A stretch of DNA of 64,000 nucleotides from Octopus sinensis (GCF_006345805.1 NC_043011.1:22766464-22830463), one strand, 5' to 3'; positions 48,116-61,794 are shown, counted from the first letter of the stretch. The notes: a model not told the origin generated them from the letters alone. Made by a program: numbers and translations.

Positions 48116-49690
48116 TTCTGTCTCACCGCCTCGTCATCGAAAACCGGTGACACATCTGTTGCGATCAACAAATATTAATAAGTTGAAAACTTTACAACCT
48201 TTAACTAAACTTCTGGCACAAGGCGTGTTATTATTGGCGGGAGAGCTACGTCGATTATATCGATCCCGATACTCAGCTGGTACATATTTTATCGACCCCC
48301 GAGGAAGATGAAAGGCAAAATCAATTTCACCGGGAATTGAACTCAGAACGTAAAAAGCCGGAAAAAATGCCGCTAAGTTCACTCTCTCTCTCTCTCACTT
48401 ACTCACTCACACACACACACACACACACACACACGGTTCTCCATGTTTTATGGCTGAGGTACTCTTATCTTTATTATCCTATGACCGAACTACCCGTTCA
48501 TATCATGCAAACAAGGTCCTCCTGTATCATATGCCTGCATTACTCTGCTACGTCATATGACAAACGTACACCATCTGTGTCATATGACTAACGTAGACTT
48601 CCATGTTATATCACTGAGTAATTCCTATATCATATTCAACTATCGCTGCACCAAGTTACACCGGTCAAGCTCCGTTGCCATAGAGACATAGAAAATCAGT
48701 GTTGTCAGACAGTGATGAGGTGGGGGGACTCTCTGCGCGATACTGAGCCACAGCTGTTTCCGGAACAATTTTGATTCGAACTGACCTCGATAGACTTTTC
48801 AGACTACGTCGATAGATTGTCATAGTTCCTGATGTCCAGAGGGAGTGATTTGAGAAGCTTCTCACAGAGCCTGATATACAAAATTAGCGAGACATTTGAT
48901 GGTCTATCAAATTCGTTGTTTTGATTCGTTGAGGATCTCTAGTGGAAATAATAACTCATGTAAACCGAGGCAAATAATGGAAGTGCAGTGGAAAGATTTT
49001 TCTTTAAAATATAATGAACGAATTAGCAATTTTTTTGTCCATGTGACAGTGGCTGCGTGGTAAGTAGCTTGCTTACCAGCCACATGGTTCTGGGTTCAGT
49101 CCCGCTGCGTGGCACCTTGGGCAAGTGTCTTCGCGGACCCACCGAAGCCTTGTGAGTGGATTTCGTACACGGAAACTGAAGCCCGTCATGTGTGTGTGTT
49201 TGTCCCAACACCATCGCTTCTCAACCGATGTTGATGTGTTTACGTCCCCGTAACTTAGTGGTTCGGTAACAGAAACCGATAGAATAAGTATTAGGCTTAC
49301 AAAGATTAAGTCCTGGCCGTAGTCAAATGACTAAAAGAATAAAAGAATAGCATTTGTTTCGTCTTCTTTTATCAGAAGTGTACAAACTTGCACTATTTCG
49401 AAATACAAATAAAAGTCCTTTCCATATATTTTGGTATTTAGTTTCAAACTTGTACAATCTAACTTACAATTCTACCCTCGCATTCGACCTTCCAGGATTG
49501 ATAAAATAAGGTACCAGTCAGGTACAGGATCGATGAACATTTATATAATGTATAGTAGATGTTAACTTAATAATAGTAGAAGATTCGATTTAATAGAAAA
49601 TCAAGGTATAGGCGCAGGCATGGCTGTGTAGTGAAGGTGCTCTCTTTGCAACTACCTAGTTTCGGGTTCAGTACCACGAGAAGGAGCCTT

Positions 49691-49726
<36 letters not shown>

Positions 49727-49944
49727 ATATTCATTCATTCATACATACATACATACATATATACATGCATAAGTACATACATATATACATACGTACATAC
49801 ACAGCGACGTAAACAAACCAACACCGGTCGTCAAGCGGTGATGGGGACTAACACAGACACAAACGCAGACACAAACGCAGACACACACACACACACGCAC
49901 GCACGCACACGCACGCACGCACACACACACACACGCGCGCACGC

Positions 49945-49996
<52 letters not shown>

Positions 49997-50063
49997 GTAA
50001 GCAGATAGTGCAAAACAAGGTGGGGAAAAATAGTACTCGAATACCAAAAGTAGAGTAATATGC

Positions 50064-50187
50064 TTTTATTAAAGCTGCAAAATTTTCCCGAAACTGTTAC
50101 TTAGAATTCATGTTCCCGTTCGTCGGATAGCTATGGATGAAACACGCTGAGTAACAGTTCTGTGAACATTTTGCAGCTTTAATAAAA
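50064..50187. repeat. Fold-back element with degenerate hammerhead core, related to 34570..34632
   Basis: Arms TTTTATTAAAGCTGCAAAAT..AACTGTTACT / AGTAACAGTT..ATTTTGCAGCTTTAATAAAA; minus strand CCGACGA-ACGggaaCAT-GAATT..GTA-ACAG. Confidence 0.6.
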
Positions 50188-50818
50188 GTACATACATACA
50201 TACATACATACATACATACATACATACATACATACATACATACATACATACATGGTGGCTACCCCCTAGTTATCGAGTATGGCCATTGCACGAAGCTTAA
50301 TCAATGTTGTTATCGTGCAATGCCTGTGCATGAAGATCTTTTTTTAAAGTGAGGAAAGGCTGTGCACTGAGTCAATCCCACTCACTAAGCAACATCAGCC
50401 ATAATCCGAAAAGAAGAACAAGTCAACATTATCGGTAACCACTGAGCCGCAGTTTTTATATCGGAGTTATCCCAGTTACCTGAGTTACCTTCTCCTAGAA
50501 GGATGCCCTAACAAAGGCTAGGAGTCCTTCACTCCCAATGGTTTAATCGCGCGATCGGGTATTCAGTCCGATTATTTCTATGTCCCCGCGCATGATACAG
50601 CTTTAAGACATTTATTGGATGGCCGTTGACTCTCAAGAGTTCCTCCACCCTTTGACGGGTTTTGTTTTTCATCCCGCAGGGTGTCCAATAAACATCCTCC
50701 TCACCAAGCAAGCTTGGTGGGGTTGCCGGTTTAGTCGCCGACGACCCGACCATGCAACAGGTTGTACTGGGTTACATGTTATCAGTTGCACTCGAAAGTG
50801 ACCTGACACATACATACA

Positions 50819-50849
<31 letters not shown>

Positions 50850-50956
50850 TGAAGGAAAAGGAAAACAAAACCAAGGCAGGACGAGCATCTCAGGTCACTT
50901 AGAATATTTAATTAGAGTAAAGGTGAATCAAAAAAGGAGAAGTAGAAATGATTAAT

Positions 50957-51032
50957 GTCTTGCAGCAGCTCCTGGGATATCCAACGTAATGGGTGAACAC
51001 ACTCATACACTAGGCATCCCTTCATCAGAGAC
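50957..51032 (-). ncRNA. Degenerate hammerhead motif, similar to 24361..24413
   Basis: GTCT-CTGATGA-A-GGGAT...ATCCC-A-GGAGC-TGCT-GCA-AGAC; stem I intact, GAAAC and cleavage triplet mutated. Confidence 0.5.
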
Positions 51033-51790
51033 AAGGTGTGTATGCAGGAAAGTTCCAGACAGAGAATTCACAGTATATACCAGCTGACTAGGAAGCCTAC
51101 TACGGATCCCTGGCTCCAGCTTCAGCTGTGACCTCTGATAGAGGAGTGAGGGAAAGAGACATCGATTCATTTTGTATCAATCCATCCATCCGACAGGCCT
51201 CTGCACAGTTTCCTTATTTCACTGGTAATGTTTGGGCTGCCCGGTTTTAAAATATTATTTGACTCAGCTGTGGAATGTCGGTCGATAAATTTAGACTAAT
51301 GGACGTATTGTCTAGACTCTATCTAGACTAATAGCTTATCGTCTGTGAAAACCGTTCAAATGTCGTTTCGCTCGTACACACAGAGACATACATAGACATA
51401 TACACATATAGACATACGCACGCGCGCGTACACACACACACATTTATATAAGCACATGTGCAAATAGAAAGAGAAACCAACATGAAGTAAATATAAGCAG
51501 GAGCCAACAAAAGTACTTCTAAACAGTATTTCTCATTAATGAAAGGGGCTGTGAGAATTAAAAGGAACGCATACAAATTGTTGTTTTAAAACTTTTAGGA
51601 AAGACTTCTTCGCCTCCCGCCCCACAATTTTCTCCCAAATTTGTTTATTTTTGTAATTTTTTTTTTTTTTGCGAAAAATCCCCGTTTTCGAATACGGAGG
51701 TTCCAGAAAACTGCCAAAAATCGGCATTGTGAAAATTCCCCATCCCCTCTTTCCCCCAACTTCTTCAATTTTGACTTTTTTCCACAACAC

Positions 51791-51912
51791 TAACTCTAAA
51801 ACCCTAACCCTAACCCTGAAGCCCTAACCTTAACCCTAACCCTAAAAAACTTACCCTTAAACCCTAACCCTAAAACACCAACCCTAACCCTAACCCTAAA
51901 ACCGTAACCGTA
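51791..51912. repeat. Degenerate interstitial (CCCTAA)n telomere-like tract
   Basis: About a dozen TAACCC units interrupted by short variants. Confidence 0.8.
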
Positions 51913-52266
51913 AGTACAGAAATGTTTTGAAATTTTTGTCCGAATCATGATGCCCGTATTTTTCCGCATATTTTGAAGAAAAAAAAAGTTTAAAATGAAG
52001 GAAATGGGGTGGGGTGGGGATAAATTAGAAATCTCGATTTTTGCCAATTTTTATGCAGATTCGTATCCGAGAATGAGGGAGGGGTGTATCGAAAAACAAA
52101 ATTTTTTAATGGTTTTTTTTTGGGGGGGGGTGGACAGGCGGAAGTCTTGCCAACTTTTAATTTTGTACTATCGCAATAGCGGACCAAAAAGTATGATATA
52201 GACGCCAACACTCTGTCTTCCCATTAATATAGAAATAAATGGGAGAAGGGACGGGGGGGGGGGGGT

Positions 52267-52854
52267 TGAAAACGTTTAGGCATACCTACACAAGCATGCC
52301 CCACTTAATTTGTTTTCTCATAACTTCCAGAGAAATGGATATCTTTTGATGAAATTTTCTACAAATACCTTTCGTTGTGTGTAAATAACGATTGTACCGG
52401 AACTTAATATGAAAATGAAAATTGGTGGACTTGTACGCAGACATACTGACACGCATCACAATATTTTTTAGGAATTTCATGTTGCATTTTGTAAATATGC
52501 GTGATGTGTGTCAGTATGTATGTGTATGAGTCCACCAGTTTTCTTTTTCTTATTAAATTCCGATATAATTGTAATCTACATACTTTGAAAATTATTTGTA
52601 GAAAATTTCATTAAAAATTACCCATTTTCTGAAAGTTTTGATGAAACAACGCCAATTCGTGTGAATTTTCAGAAACTCCTCAACGCACCCTCAGGATTGT
52701 TTTTTTTTTTTTTTCACAAATTCCTATATAATCGTAATCTACACCATCTGAAGCGTATTTGTAAAAGATTTCATTAAAAAATACTCATTTCTGTGGAAGT
52801 TATGAGAAAACAAAGTCGAAGGGGCACATTTGCGTAGATATGCCAAAGTTTCAA
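52267..52854. mobile_element. Old fold-back DNA element (MITE-like) with ~140 bp diverged inverted arms
   Basis: TTTGTTTTCTCATAACTTCC near 52309 is mirrored by GGAAGTTATGAGAAAACAAA near 52795, with flanking similarity. Confidence 0.65.
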
Positions 52855-52997
52855 TAATACTTTTTTCGTGGGTGGGATTGGTATTTGTCAGTGTGAGAAA
52901 CGCTACTCCAAATAAACGTCTAACTGGCTTGAAAATACCAGTCAGATTTCTTAGAAATCAGTGTTGCTAACCAACTGATATATATATAAAGAGATAG

Positions 52998-53189
52998 CAT
53001 GCCGGGCGAAATGCGTAGCCGTATTTCGTCTGTCGTTACGTTCCGAGTTCATATTCCGCCGAGGTCGACTTTGCCTTTCATCCTTTCGGGGTCGATAAAT
53101 TTAGTACCAGTTACGCACTGGAGTCGATGTAATCGACTTAATCCATTTGTCTGTCCTTGTTTAGCCCCTTGTGGGTAGTAAAGAAATAT
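52998..53189 (+). mobile_element. SINE family B, 5'-truncated
   Basis: Centre and tail present; duplication TATATATATAAAGAG on both sides. Confidence 0.85.
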
Positions 53190-53855
53190 ATATATATAAA
53201 GAGTAGAGCAAAATTTTCAATTACAAAAGAGCTAACGGATTTTGTCAACTATTCAAAACTTAGGCAGTAAATTTTTCGAGGCCGAAACAATAAAATCGTA
53301 TAATGGGGTATAATAGGGTTACCCCATTATACCCTATGTGAGTGATTGTCTCTACGTTCCACTAAATTTCCTACAACTAATTCTAACATAGCAGTTTTGA
53401 GAAATGACAAGAAATGCAACCAGCATACCATCATACATCAGGAAACCCACTTTATTATGGACTAATTATGGATAAATACATCGTCTGTGGGTATGAAATC
53501 TCTCCTCATATCTCCAGAATTCAAACCTACTTCATTATGGATGGTTTTACATTTTCATTTTCTGTGAAACTAAGAGGTTTTTTAAAATACTTTTTTAAAG
53601 CCTGTTATATGACTGTGCAACATTAAAGAACTTTGGAAGTCCGTTTATTATCTAAATCTGATTTTTATAGAACTATCCCTGGTGTTTCAGGAGTGTAGCC
53701 TCACCCCCTTAGATGTTTTGAGAACTCAGATGTTTTTTCGGCTGATGAGTACGGGTCACTTGTATTTGCTGCAATATTTGCAGCCTTAATAAAGGTGGTC
53801 TTCGTACGAAACAATTGTACCGAAATATTGATCCATTTTTGTTGCTTTTTTCTTG

Positions 53856-53927
<72 letters not shown>

Positions 53928-54189
53928 TCTCTCTCTACTTGTTTCAGTATATATATTTCCTTTCAAATACCTTTTCTACAAAGTTGTACTCCTCTCAAAC
54001 TCTATTGCTTGCTCCTGTTTTGCTCTTATTATTACTCTTCTTATACACTCTTCAATAGGAGTAATGCACTGTACCTACTGGTACCTGATTCTTATAATAA
54101 TAATAATAATAATGAAATTATTGTATACAGTGCTCAGGTGCACCACAACTTGTCAGAGTATATGCAGTAATGTAAAAATGTCTGGAAAG

Positions 54190-54362
54190 CGAACAATGCA
54201 TGAGTCAGATACATGCTTGTGTGTGTATGGAGGGGAGAAAATTAGGTGTAGTGTTGGCGAATCTCAGAAAGCATGGAAGTTTTGAAGGATGCAGTGCTCC
54301 GACAACTAACAACTGATGCCGGCAGTTTGTTCCATGCTTCAGCAACTCTCAGCGTGAAAAAA
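54190..54362 (-). mobile_element. CR1-clade LINE 3' tip
   Basis: FFTLRVAEAWNKLPASVVSCRSTASFK. Confidence 0.75.
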
Positions 54363-54777
54363 TGTATATATGTGTGTGTATGTATATAAGTGTGTGTGTA
54401 TGTATGTATGTATGTATGTATGTATGTATGTATGTATGTATGTATGTATGTATGCATGTAAAAAAATACAAAATCGGACAACAAAACATCCAGACAGACG
54501 ATACCAAGAAAACAAGGACGAGTCATTCGAAGCTTTCTTTCCTTAGTCAAGTACCAGATTATCTTCGCAATTTCGGCTTGCTCCAATCTGGCTAGCCCCA
54601 AGGAAAAACTAAGCTAAGAGCATTAGATTCCTTGGGAGAAAGCAGCGAATGTATACAAAAACAAGGACGGAAAAAAAACGGACAATGTTACACAAATACA
54701 ATAAAAATAATAACAGGACATAACAACAAGTGTCTTTCGACTAAGGACGAATTAAATTAAGCTGGCGTATGTGGAAA

Positions 54778-54814
<37 letters not shown>

Positions 54815-54815
<1 letters not shown>

Positions 54816-55018
54816 TAATCCAGACAAGAAAGCACAAAAAAAAAACACAACACCGCGAGGACGTGGAACAAATATAGTATTATTGGACGCTCAGGAAAGA
54901 AGGAAAGAAGGAGGGTTTAACGTTTCGAGCGGAGCTCTTCGTCAGAAAAATAGGAGAAGGAAAGATCCAGAGAAGAGAAGACAGAGGGAAAAAAATCGTC
55001 AACGGTACACACGAGGTC
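54815..55018 (-). mobile_element. ~200 bp non-coding element in (TA)n with a minimal hammerhead (54915..54949)
   Basis: TTTT-CTGACGA-A-GAGCtccGCTC-GAAAC-GTT-AAAC; paralog of 13790..13992. Confidence 0.72.
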
Positions 55019-55161
55019 AAATATATATATATATATATGAGTGTGTATGTATATTTATATATACATGCATTAGCCCTCTGAACTTTTTAGACCTTTTAAA
55101 CTCTCTGATGAAGGATAGGGGAAACAACTCACGACATAAATTAGAATTATTAGTGGTGATG

Positions 55162-55197
<36 letters not shown>

Positions 55198-55529
55198 GTT
55201 TGAATGGATACAGTAGTGTTATTTACGGTGTGTCAACGGTTGAAATCGTTGTGACGGTAGTAGTAGTAGCGTGGTTATACGTTGTTATTGTTTCTGACAG
55301 TTACAGTGGTTATAGTAATTGCAACGATGGTCGTTGTGGTCGAGTGTCGTGGCTACGGATGTTGTGGTGGTGGTGGTGGTGGTGGGAAAGCGGTGGAGTG
55401 GTCGGCAGTGGTAGGTGTGGTGAGGAGGAGGGTGGGGTCGAGAATGGTTAAAAACTGATGTTGCAGTGGTTGTTTGTTGTTATAGTAAATGCTGGTAATA
55501 GGAGTGCTGTAGTGGTTATGAGTTGCGTG

Positions 55530-55546
55530 ATGGTGATGATAATGAC

Positions 55547-55578
<32 letters not shown>

Positions 55579-55579
55579 C

Positions 55580-55620
<41 letters not shown>

Positions 55621-55621
55621 C

Positions 55622-55692
<71 letters not shown>

Positions 55693-55810
55693 CGATGATG
55701 ATGATGATGATGATGACGATGACGATGATGATGATGATGATGAATGATGATGATGATGATGATGAAGATGATGATGATGATGATGATGACGACGACGATG
55801 ATGATGATCA
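55530..55810. repeat. Long (GAT)n microsatellite within a trinucleotide-repeat field (about 55150..56000)
   Basis: Direct inspection; accounts for the poly-D/M/H/S ORFs. Confidence 0.95.
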
Positions 55811-56064
55811 TGATGGTGGTCGTCGTCGTCGTCGTGAGCAATGATGATTACTGGTTGTGAGCAGTGTTGAAAGTGATATGGGTTGTGATGATGATGATGA
55901 TGATGAGGAGGAGGAGGAGGAGGAGGAGGTGGGGGGAAAATGAAGATGAAAAGGAGGAGGACGATGATGATGGAGAAGAAGAGGACGATTACGTCGACAA
56001 CGATGATGGTAGTTAATGTTACTAGGTGCGTGAATAGCATGAACCGTATTACTCATTTAACTGC

Positions 56065-56135
<71 letters not shown>

Positions 56136-56231
56136 TGTGTGCGTGTGTGTGTGTGCATGTGCGTGTGTGTGTCTGTATGAGTGAGTGCATGCATGCGTGA
56201 GTAAGTGTGTAGCAAATCATTATAGTATCAC

Positions 56232-56480
56232 GGTACTACTAAAAAAGAGTGGTCCCGGTGCGCGCACTCGCGTACTCTCGTATCCGCGCTAGCTAGTCGT
56301 GACTAGTCGATCCTTACTTTGTGTTTTTGTTTTATTTACTTTGTTTTTTAAAAAAATTATTTACTTTGAGTAAAAGAATTTATTTATTTTGTGTTTTATT
56401 TACTTTGCTAGGTAGTCGTGGTAGGATCGACTAGTCACGACTAGCTAGCGCGGATGCCCGAGTGCGCGCACCTTAGTACC
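56232..56480. mobile_element. MITE with GC-rich TIRs and 9 bp TSD (Mutator-like)
   Basis: TAGTATCAC at 56223..56231 and 56481..56489; ends GGTACTA/TAGTACC; 33 bp perfect inverted block 56282..56314 / 56423..56455. Confidence 0.8.
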
Positions 56481-56920
56481 TAGTATCACAACTTAGTTAT
56501 AATAATGCATATTTAAAGCATGACGAGCACACACACACACACTCACATGTACAATCGACAAGGGATCTTCTTTATGTGGTTGTTCCATCTACTAGAAATA
56601 ACGGCTAAAGTCATACCTTTTTTAGTCTTAAATAAAGAAAAACAACATCAGATAACGTATATTTAAAAGACGGGATAGTCACGATTGAAATATGCTCAAT
56701 CATGATTGACCGGGTTCTAAACAATCAATAGGTCCAAGTACTAAAATATCCGTCGACAGAACTGTAAACAGTCGAATGAAAACTTTACGGATGAACTACA
56801 TGAATATTTTAATAAAGAGAGAAACAGATGTGTGAAAGAGAAAGAGAAAGAAGGAAGGAAGAATATAAAGAGTGAAAGTGATAAAATGAGAATTTGAAAT
56901 GAGTCTCACCAGCAATATCG

Positions 56921-58015
56921 TTACGATACACATGACACATTGGAAAGTGCCCGAGCAATCCATAGTCCGCGGTCAATATTCTGGAATGCCTTCGATAAAT
57001 TTTCGGAAATCTGTTGAGATTGTAGTAAACAACAACCCTTCTCTACTAAATCCGTTTTAGTTGTCTCAATATCTTCCAGTTTAACTCCTTTGGATGCATC
57101 GTCAATTAGGTGGGTCTGAAAGCCCAAATGAAGGGCATCTAAGGCTGTGTACTTAACACACACGTCATAGGCAATTCCGCAGACATAAACATCGGTCACG
57201 TTGTGGCTCTGCAAGATGGAAAACAGCTGTGTTTGGGAAGCTCTGTTGTTGTCGAAAAAAGCCGAGTAGCTGTCCACGTCGGTGTCAGTGCCCTTAAACA
57301 CCTGCACTGAACCCGGCGCGACATATAATTCTCGATGTAATTGGGCACCCCAAGTTCCCCGGACACAATGCCGTGGCCAAAGTACCTGAGACTGAGCTGC
57401 TGGCAAGCTAAAAGTTACTTTGTCATACAACTGGATTTCTTCAACAGAACGAGTAAAGCTGGAGTGTAAAGTTCTTGTACGTAGATTGTCGATAAAAGAT
57501 ATATGTTTGTCATCATGCCAGTCCAATGAATACACCACCAAATCAAATTTTACCAACTTAATAAGTTTGTTAATTACAGGGACGACATCTGCTCCATTCT
57601 GACCTGCAGGACATTTCTTTAATGATAACGTTCCGTCGATAAAATCGTTTTGGACATCTATGATCAAAATAGCAGAAATTGGTCTTATTACTCGGTTTAG
57701 CCATACTTGCCATCGATTTTCCTGTCTACCCAACAGATGATCTCCATCTTCATCTAAAAGTTCTAGCAATTCTCTGGATATAGAAGCTGCACAGCTGTCC
57801 GATTCAGGGAAAATGTCCTTAAGCATTTCGGTAAATTCATCCAAATCCAAAAATCCGTCTTTGTTTTTATCATAATGAACGAAACAGTCGTAGCACCAGT
57901 CTTTCGAACCGTCCACTTCATCTTTCGGGGTTTCCCCTGGTTGCCGTCTGTATTTATCTAGAAAATTCTCAGTCAATCTTTTATTATGACTAATAACATT
58001 AGGCTTTTCAGACAT
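56921..58015 (-). CDS. Naam: Nicotinamidase (pyrazinamidase/isochorismatase fold) with N-terminal EF-hand pair, single coding exon, 364 aa
   Basis: EF loops DKNKDGFLDLDE and DEDGDHLLGRQE; IIDVQNDF, LDWH, WPRHCV, VFKG, DSYSAF, GIAYDVCV (D-K-C triad and metal ligands present); uninterrupted ORF. Confidence 0.93.
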   Translation of the reverse strand: MSEKPNVISHNKRLTENFLDKYRRQPGETPKDEVDGSKDWCYDCFVHYDKNKDGFLDLDEFTEMLKDIFPESDSCAASISRELLELLDEDGDHLLGRQENRWQVWLNRVIRPISAILIIDVQNDFIDGTLSLKKCPAGQNGADVVPVINKLIKLVKFDLVVYSLDWHDDKHISFIDNLRTRTLHSSFTRSVEEIQLYDKVTFSLPAAQSQVLWPRHCVRGTWGAQLHRELYVAPGSVQVFKGTDTDVDSYSAFFDNNRASQTQLFSILQSHNVTDVYVCGIAYDVCVKYTALDALHLGFQTHLIDDASKGVKLEDIETTKTDLVEKGCCLLQSQQISENLSKAFQNIDRGLWIARALSNVSCVS

Positions 58016-58425
58016 TTCAATTAAAAAAAAAAACGATAAATATATTATTTGATGAAACGTATAATTTTAGACGGAAAGTTATTCCTTCCTTAGTCCAGTA
58101 TTAGTGATGGATATAAATTTCTATTACATCGGATGTTGAATATCGAAAGCTGATGTATTTATTGCTATTTGCTTAACACTTCTTTCTTTCTCTCTGTTAT
58201 TAACAAAGCAGAGAAAGTAACCAAAATATGCGATGTGCTCAATTTAAACAATGATCGCTGACTGACTGGCGCAGAGTGAATAATCAAGAGGTTCGTGTAT
58301 ACATCATCAGATGAACTGTGCAGGTTTGTTTAGTTTCTAAGGCCGATCACTTTGTTCGACTACTAAACCCACCAGTTACGTAAATAGTTAAACAGTGGTA
58401 TAGCAAGAACAAGGAAATAACAAAC

Positions 58426-58456
<31 letters not shown>

Positions 58457-58695
58457 TAGTGGTAGTAGTAGTGGTAGTAGTAGTGGTAGTAGTAGTAGTA
58501 GTAGTGGCGGATAGAGTAGATAGGGAAAAAGAGGGGGGGGAGATATTGATAAAGCCGGATTGGTGCGTCCTCACTCACCATGCCAACAAAGATATTCCTA
58601 CCATGGCCTACAACTGTGAACTTTAAACTGATTATCAAGAATACCCTGTTAAGTAGCATTTAATACACATGTATGGACACACACACACACATCCC

Positions 58696-58779
<84 letters not shown>

Positions 58780-59339
58780 GTCTGTCTGTCTATCTATCAA
58801 TCTATCCATATTTAAAATACATGGATCTTTTTCGTTTCCTTCCAACCACTTGAAGATTTTTCAATTCTCAATGGATTGTTTTCAAATTTTCCACACATAT
58901 GTAATTTTGCATGTTGATGACGAATATCGCATTCATTTTATCGAAAAATTAATAATAAACAAGATGGAAGCTTTTAAAGTTATATATTTTTTAGCCAATC
59001 AAAGGAGTCCAGTGTCCTCACAAGCGGAAGTCGAAACTATTTGCTACCGTAGTTGCCATGGCAACTTTAAATGCTTGTAAGTTTTTGTATCAAAATAATA
59101 GAACTACAATATTTGCATGCAAAACTATATCAAAAAGTACGTTATTTTTTAGTTTGTAAGAAAATGAAAAAGATCCAAATACATACATACACACATACAT
59201 ATAATATAATATAATATAATATATATAATAAAATATATTCAGTCGGTCGTCTTCATCTTAAAACCGATTTACAACCATCTCCTTTCATCTTTGATCAAGA
59301 TTTTCAGTTCGAAACATTAGGATTCAGTTATCCTGGAAC

Positions 59340-59414
<75 letters not shown>

Positions 59415-59674
59415 TTAATAATAATAAGTTTTTCTCATCACCAGTTCACATGTATAAACGTAACCTTAAGGTACACAAACCCCTACACTCACATACGGAT
59501 AGAAAAAAAAAACTAAGCAAAAAAGACCTATAATATGCAGAAGTGTTACCAGTAGTACTCAACTAAGTTTGGGTCCTCTGCTAACCCCTTTGAAGGGTTT
59601 CCGCCCCTAAGGAGTTGATGAAATAAATACCTATAAATTATATCTGTTTAGTGTTAACTTAAAATATGGTTACT

Positions 59675-59904
59675 CTCTTTACTCTCTTTTACTCTCTTTT
59701 ACTTGTTTCAGTCATTTGACTGCGGCCATGCTGGAGCACCACCTTTAGTCGAGCAAATCGACCCCGGGACTTATTCTTTGTAAGCCCAATACTTATTCTA
59801 TCGGTCTCTTTTTGCCGAACCGCTAGGTGACGGGGACGTAAACACACCAGCATCGGTTGTCAAGTGATGCTAGGGGGACAAACACAGACACACAAACATA
59901 TACA

Positions 59905-59955
<51 letters not shown>

Positions 59956-60118
59956 GACAGGCTTCTTTCAGTTTCTGTCTACCAAATCCACTCACAAGGC
60001 ATTAGTCGGCCCGGGGCTATAGCAGAAGACACTTGCCCAAGATGTCACGCAGTGGGACTGAACCCGGAACCATGTGGTTGTTAAGCAAGCTACTTACCAC
60101 GCAGCCACTCCTGCGCCT
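59675..60118 (-). mobile_element. SINE family A
   Basis: Full-length reverse complement copy. Confidence 0.9.
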
Positions 60119-60874
60119 ATATATTTAATATAATATATTGTATATTTAATATAATAATTTATTTTATTGTCATGCATTTTCTTATTTAAAATTGAGTGCA
60201 ACTATTGTTTAATTTATACAAACCAAAAAAAGCAAAAAACATAAATGCAGCAAAATGCCTCAATTAGTCGCACATTACAAGGTCCAACAGAACCTACTGA
60301 AGCAAGCCAACACTCTCACGGCATTATCACAGGTGATGGCAAGGCAAAGGCACTGGAATGGAAAAGTCAAGCACCCTCACGGGCTCACCTGGCACCTCAG
60401 TAAGGCGAGTTACCAATGATGGCAAGAATCCCACTGTTAGCAGCCCAGCCACCCCAACTGTCTCAAAAGTCACAGACTGGAAAAGATAGTTCACTGCCAG
60501 GTCCCGATAGTTCAGGGTTTTGTTCTGTTGGGCTATAGAAGCATTGACCCTCTCATGTTAAATGTCTGAAAAAAAAAATAAAGTGTAGGAGTGATGGGGT
60601 AAAATTAGTAATTTCTGATTTCTCCCTATTTCTTTTACCTACTCATTTGAAATCATTACATTGCAAGTATTGCATCGTTACTTTGTACTGCTGCATCACC
60701 TTTAGAATGAAAAATTAATCAGCATAATTGTTGTTGAAGTTAAGAGAGAAAGTTTGGAATATAACCAGGTGACAGGTACTTTTATTTTTTCAAGAGATTT
60801 TTCCTCAACTTGACCCAATTGTAATTGAGGTTGCTAATAAAATATCTGGATATTTTTAGTGTTGTTTTCTGTGT

Positions 60875-60922
<48 letters not shown>

Positions 60923-61794
60923 GAAATATTAAAATTACTAAGTCTCTCTAATAAGCGGACAGCTTTATTCTTATTTTTATAAGAATGCCATATTAGTATG
61001 GTGATAACTATTATATATATATATATATATATATATAAATGAAAGAATGGAGTCGAACGAAGATTTTAACAAAATTCCTTTACTCTCAACACATGTTTCG
61101 AAGACTGCATACTCTTAATTCCGAAGGAATAAAGGGTGCATTATGCCATCTTCTCATCAGGAAAGACAAGGAACCTCTATCAGCCTCAAGACGAACAAAA
61201 ACTTTTTGGTGACTGCCTACATGATATCCACAGTGATCTTCGTTCGACTCCATTCTTTCATATATCCATATAAAAAAAACACACAAATTACCACACAAGA
61301 ACACGGGGTTTCTGCCCTTAGCATGCAGCTTCAACCGTGTCTTCTGACGTGAATTTGCTACCCAGGTATCGATTAACCGAATTATCAATACTAAGATAAT
61401 TCATTCACATATAGTAACAAGATAATTCATTTATCCATTTCATTAAATTTATATATATATATATATATACACACACTTACACACAATGGGCTTCTTTCAG
61501 TTTCCACCTACCAAATCCACTCACAAAGCTTTGATCAACCAGAGATTGTAGTAGAAGACACTTGCTCAAAGTTCATGCAGTAGGACTGAACCCAGAACTG
61601 TGTAGCTGGGAAGCAAACTTCTTACCATACAGCCAGACCAGCCCCTAAATGAGTAACACTTTCATTGAAAGCAAAGTAATTAGTCTTGGTGAGCAATGTA
61701 TTTATTGTTTAAGTGGTTCATTTTGTGTATAATGATAGTTGATACTCTGATCCCAATGTATATATATATATATCATCGTCGTCATCATCATCAT

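Noticed and set aside
48740-48810. Minus-strand CTGAAAA...GAAACAGCTGTG hammerhead-like string
   Set aside because: The core and the cleavage triplet (GUG) are both non-functional, and stem II does not pair convincingly.
55353-56056. Poly-His, poly-Asp, poly-Met and poly-Ser ORFs
   Set aside because: Alternative frames of (GAT)n/(GAG)n repeats; no flanking coding signal.
56921-58015. Horizontal transfer or bacterial contamination origin of the nicotinamidase
   Set aside because: The EF-hand fusion is the animal architecture, and the gene is embedded in host SINEs and microsatellites.
58285-58315. CTGATGA on the minus strand upstream of the nicotinamidase
   Set aside because: Followed by CGAAC rather than GAAA, with no stem I or III; likely chance.
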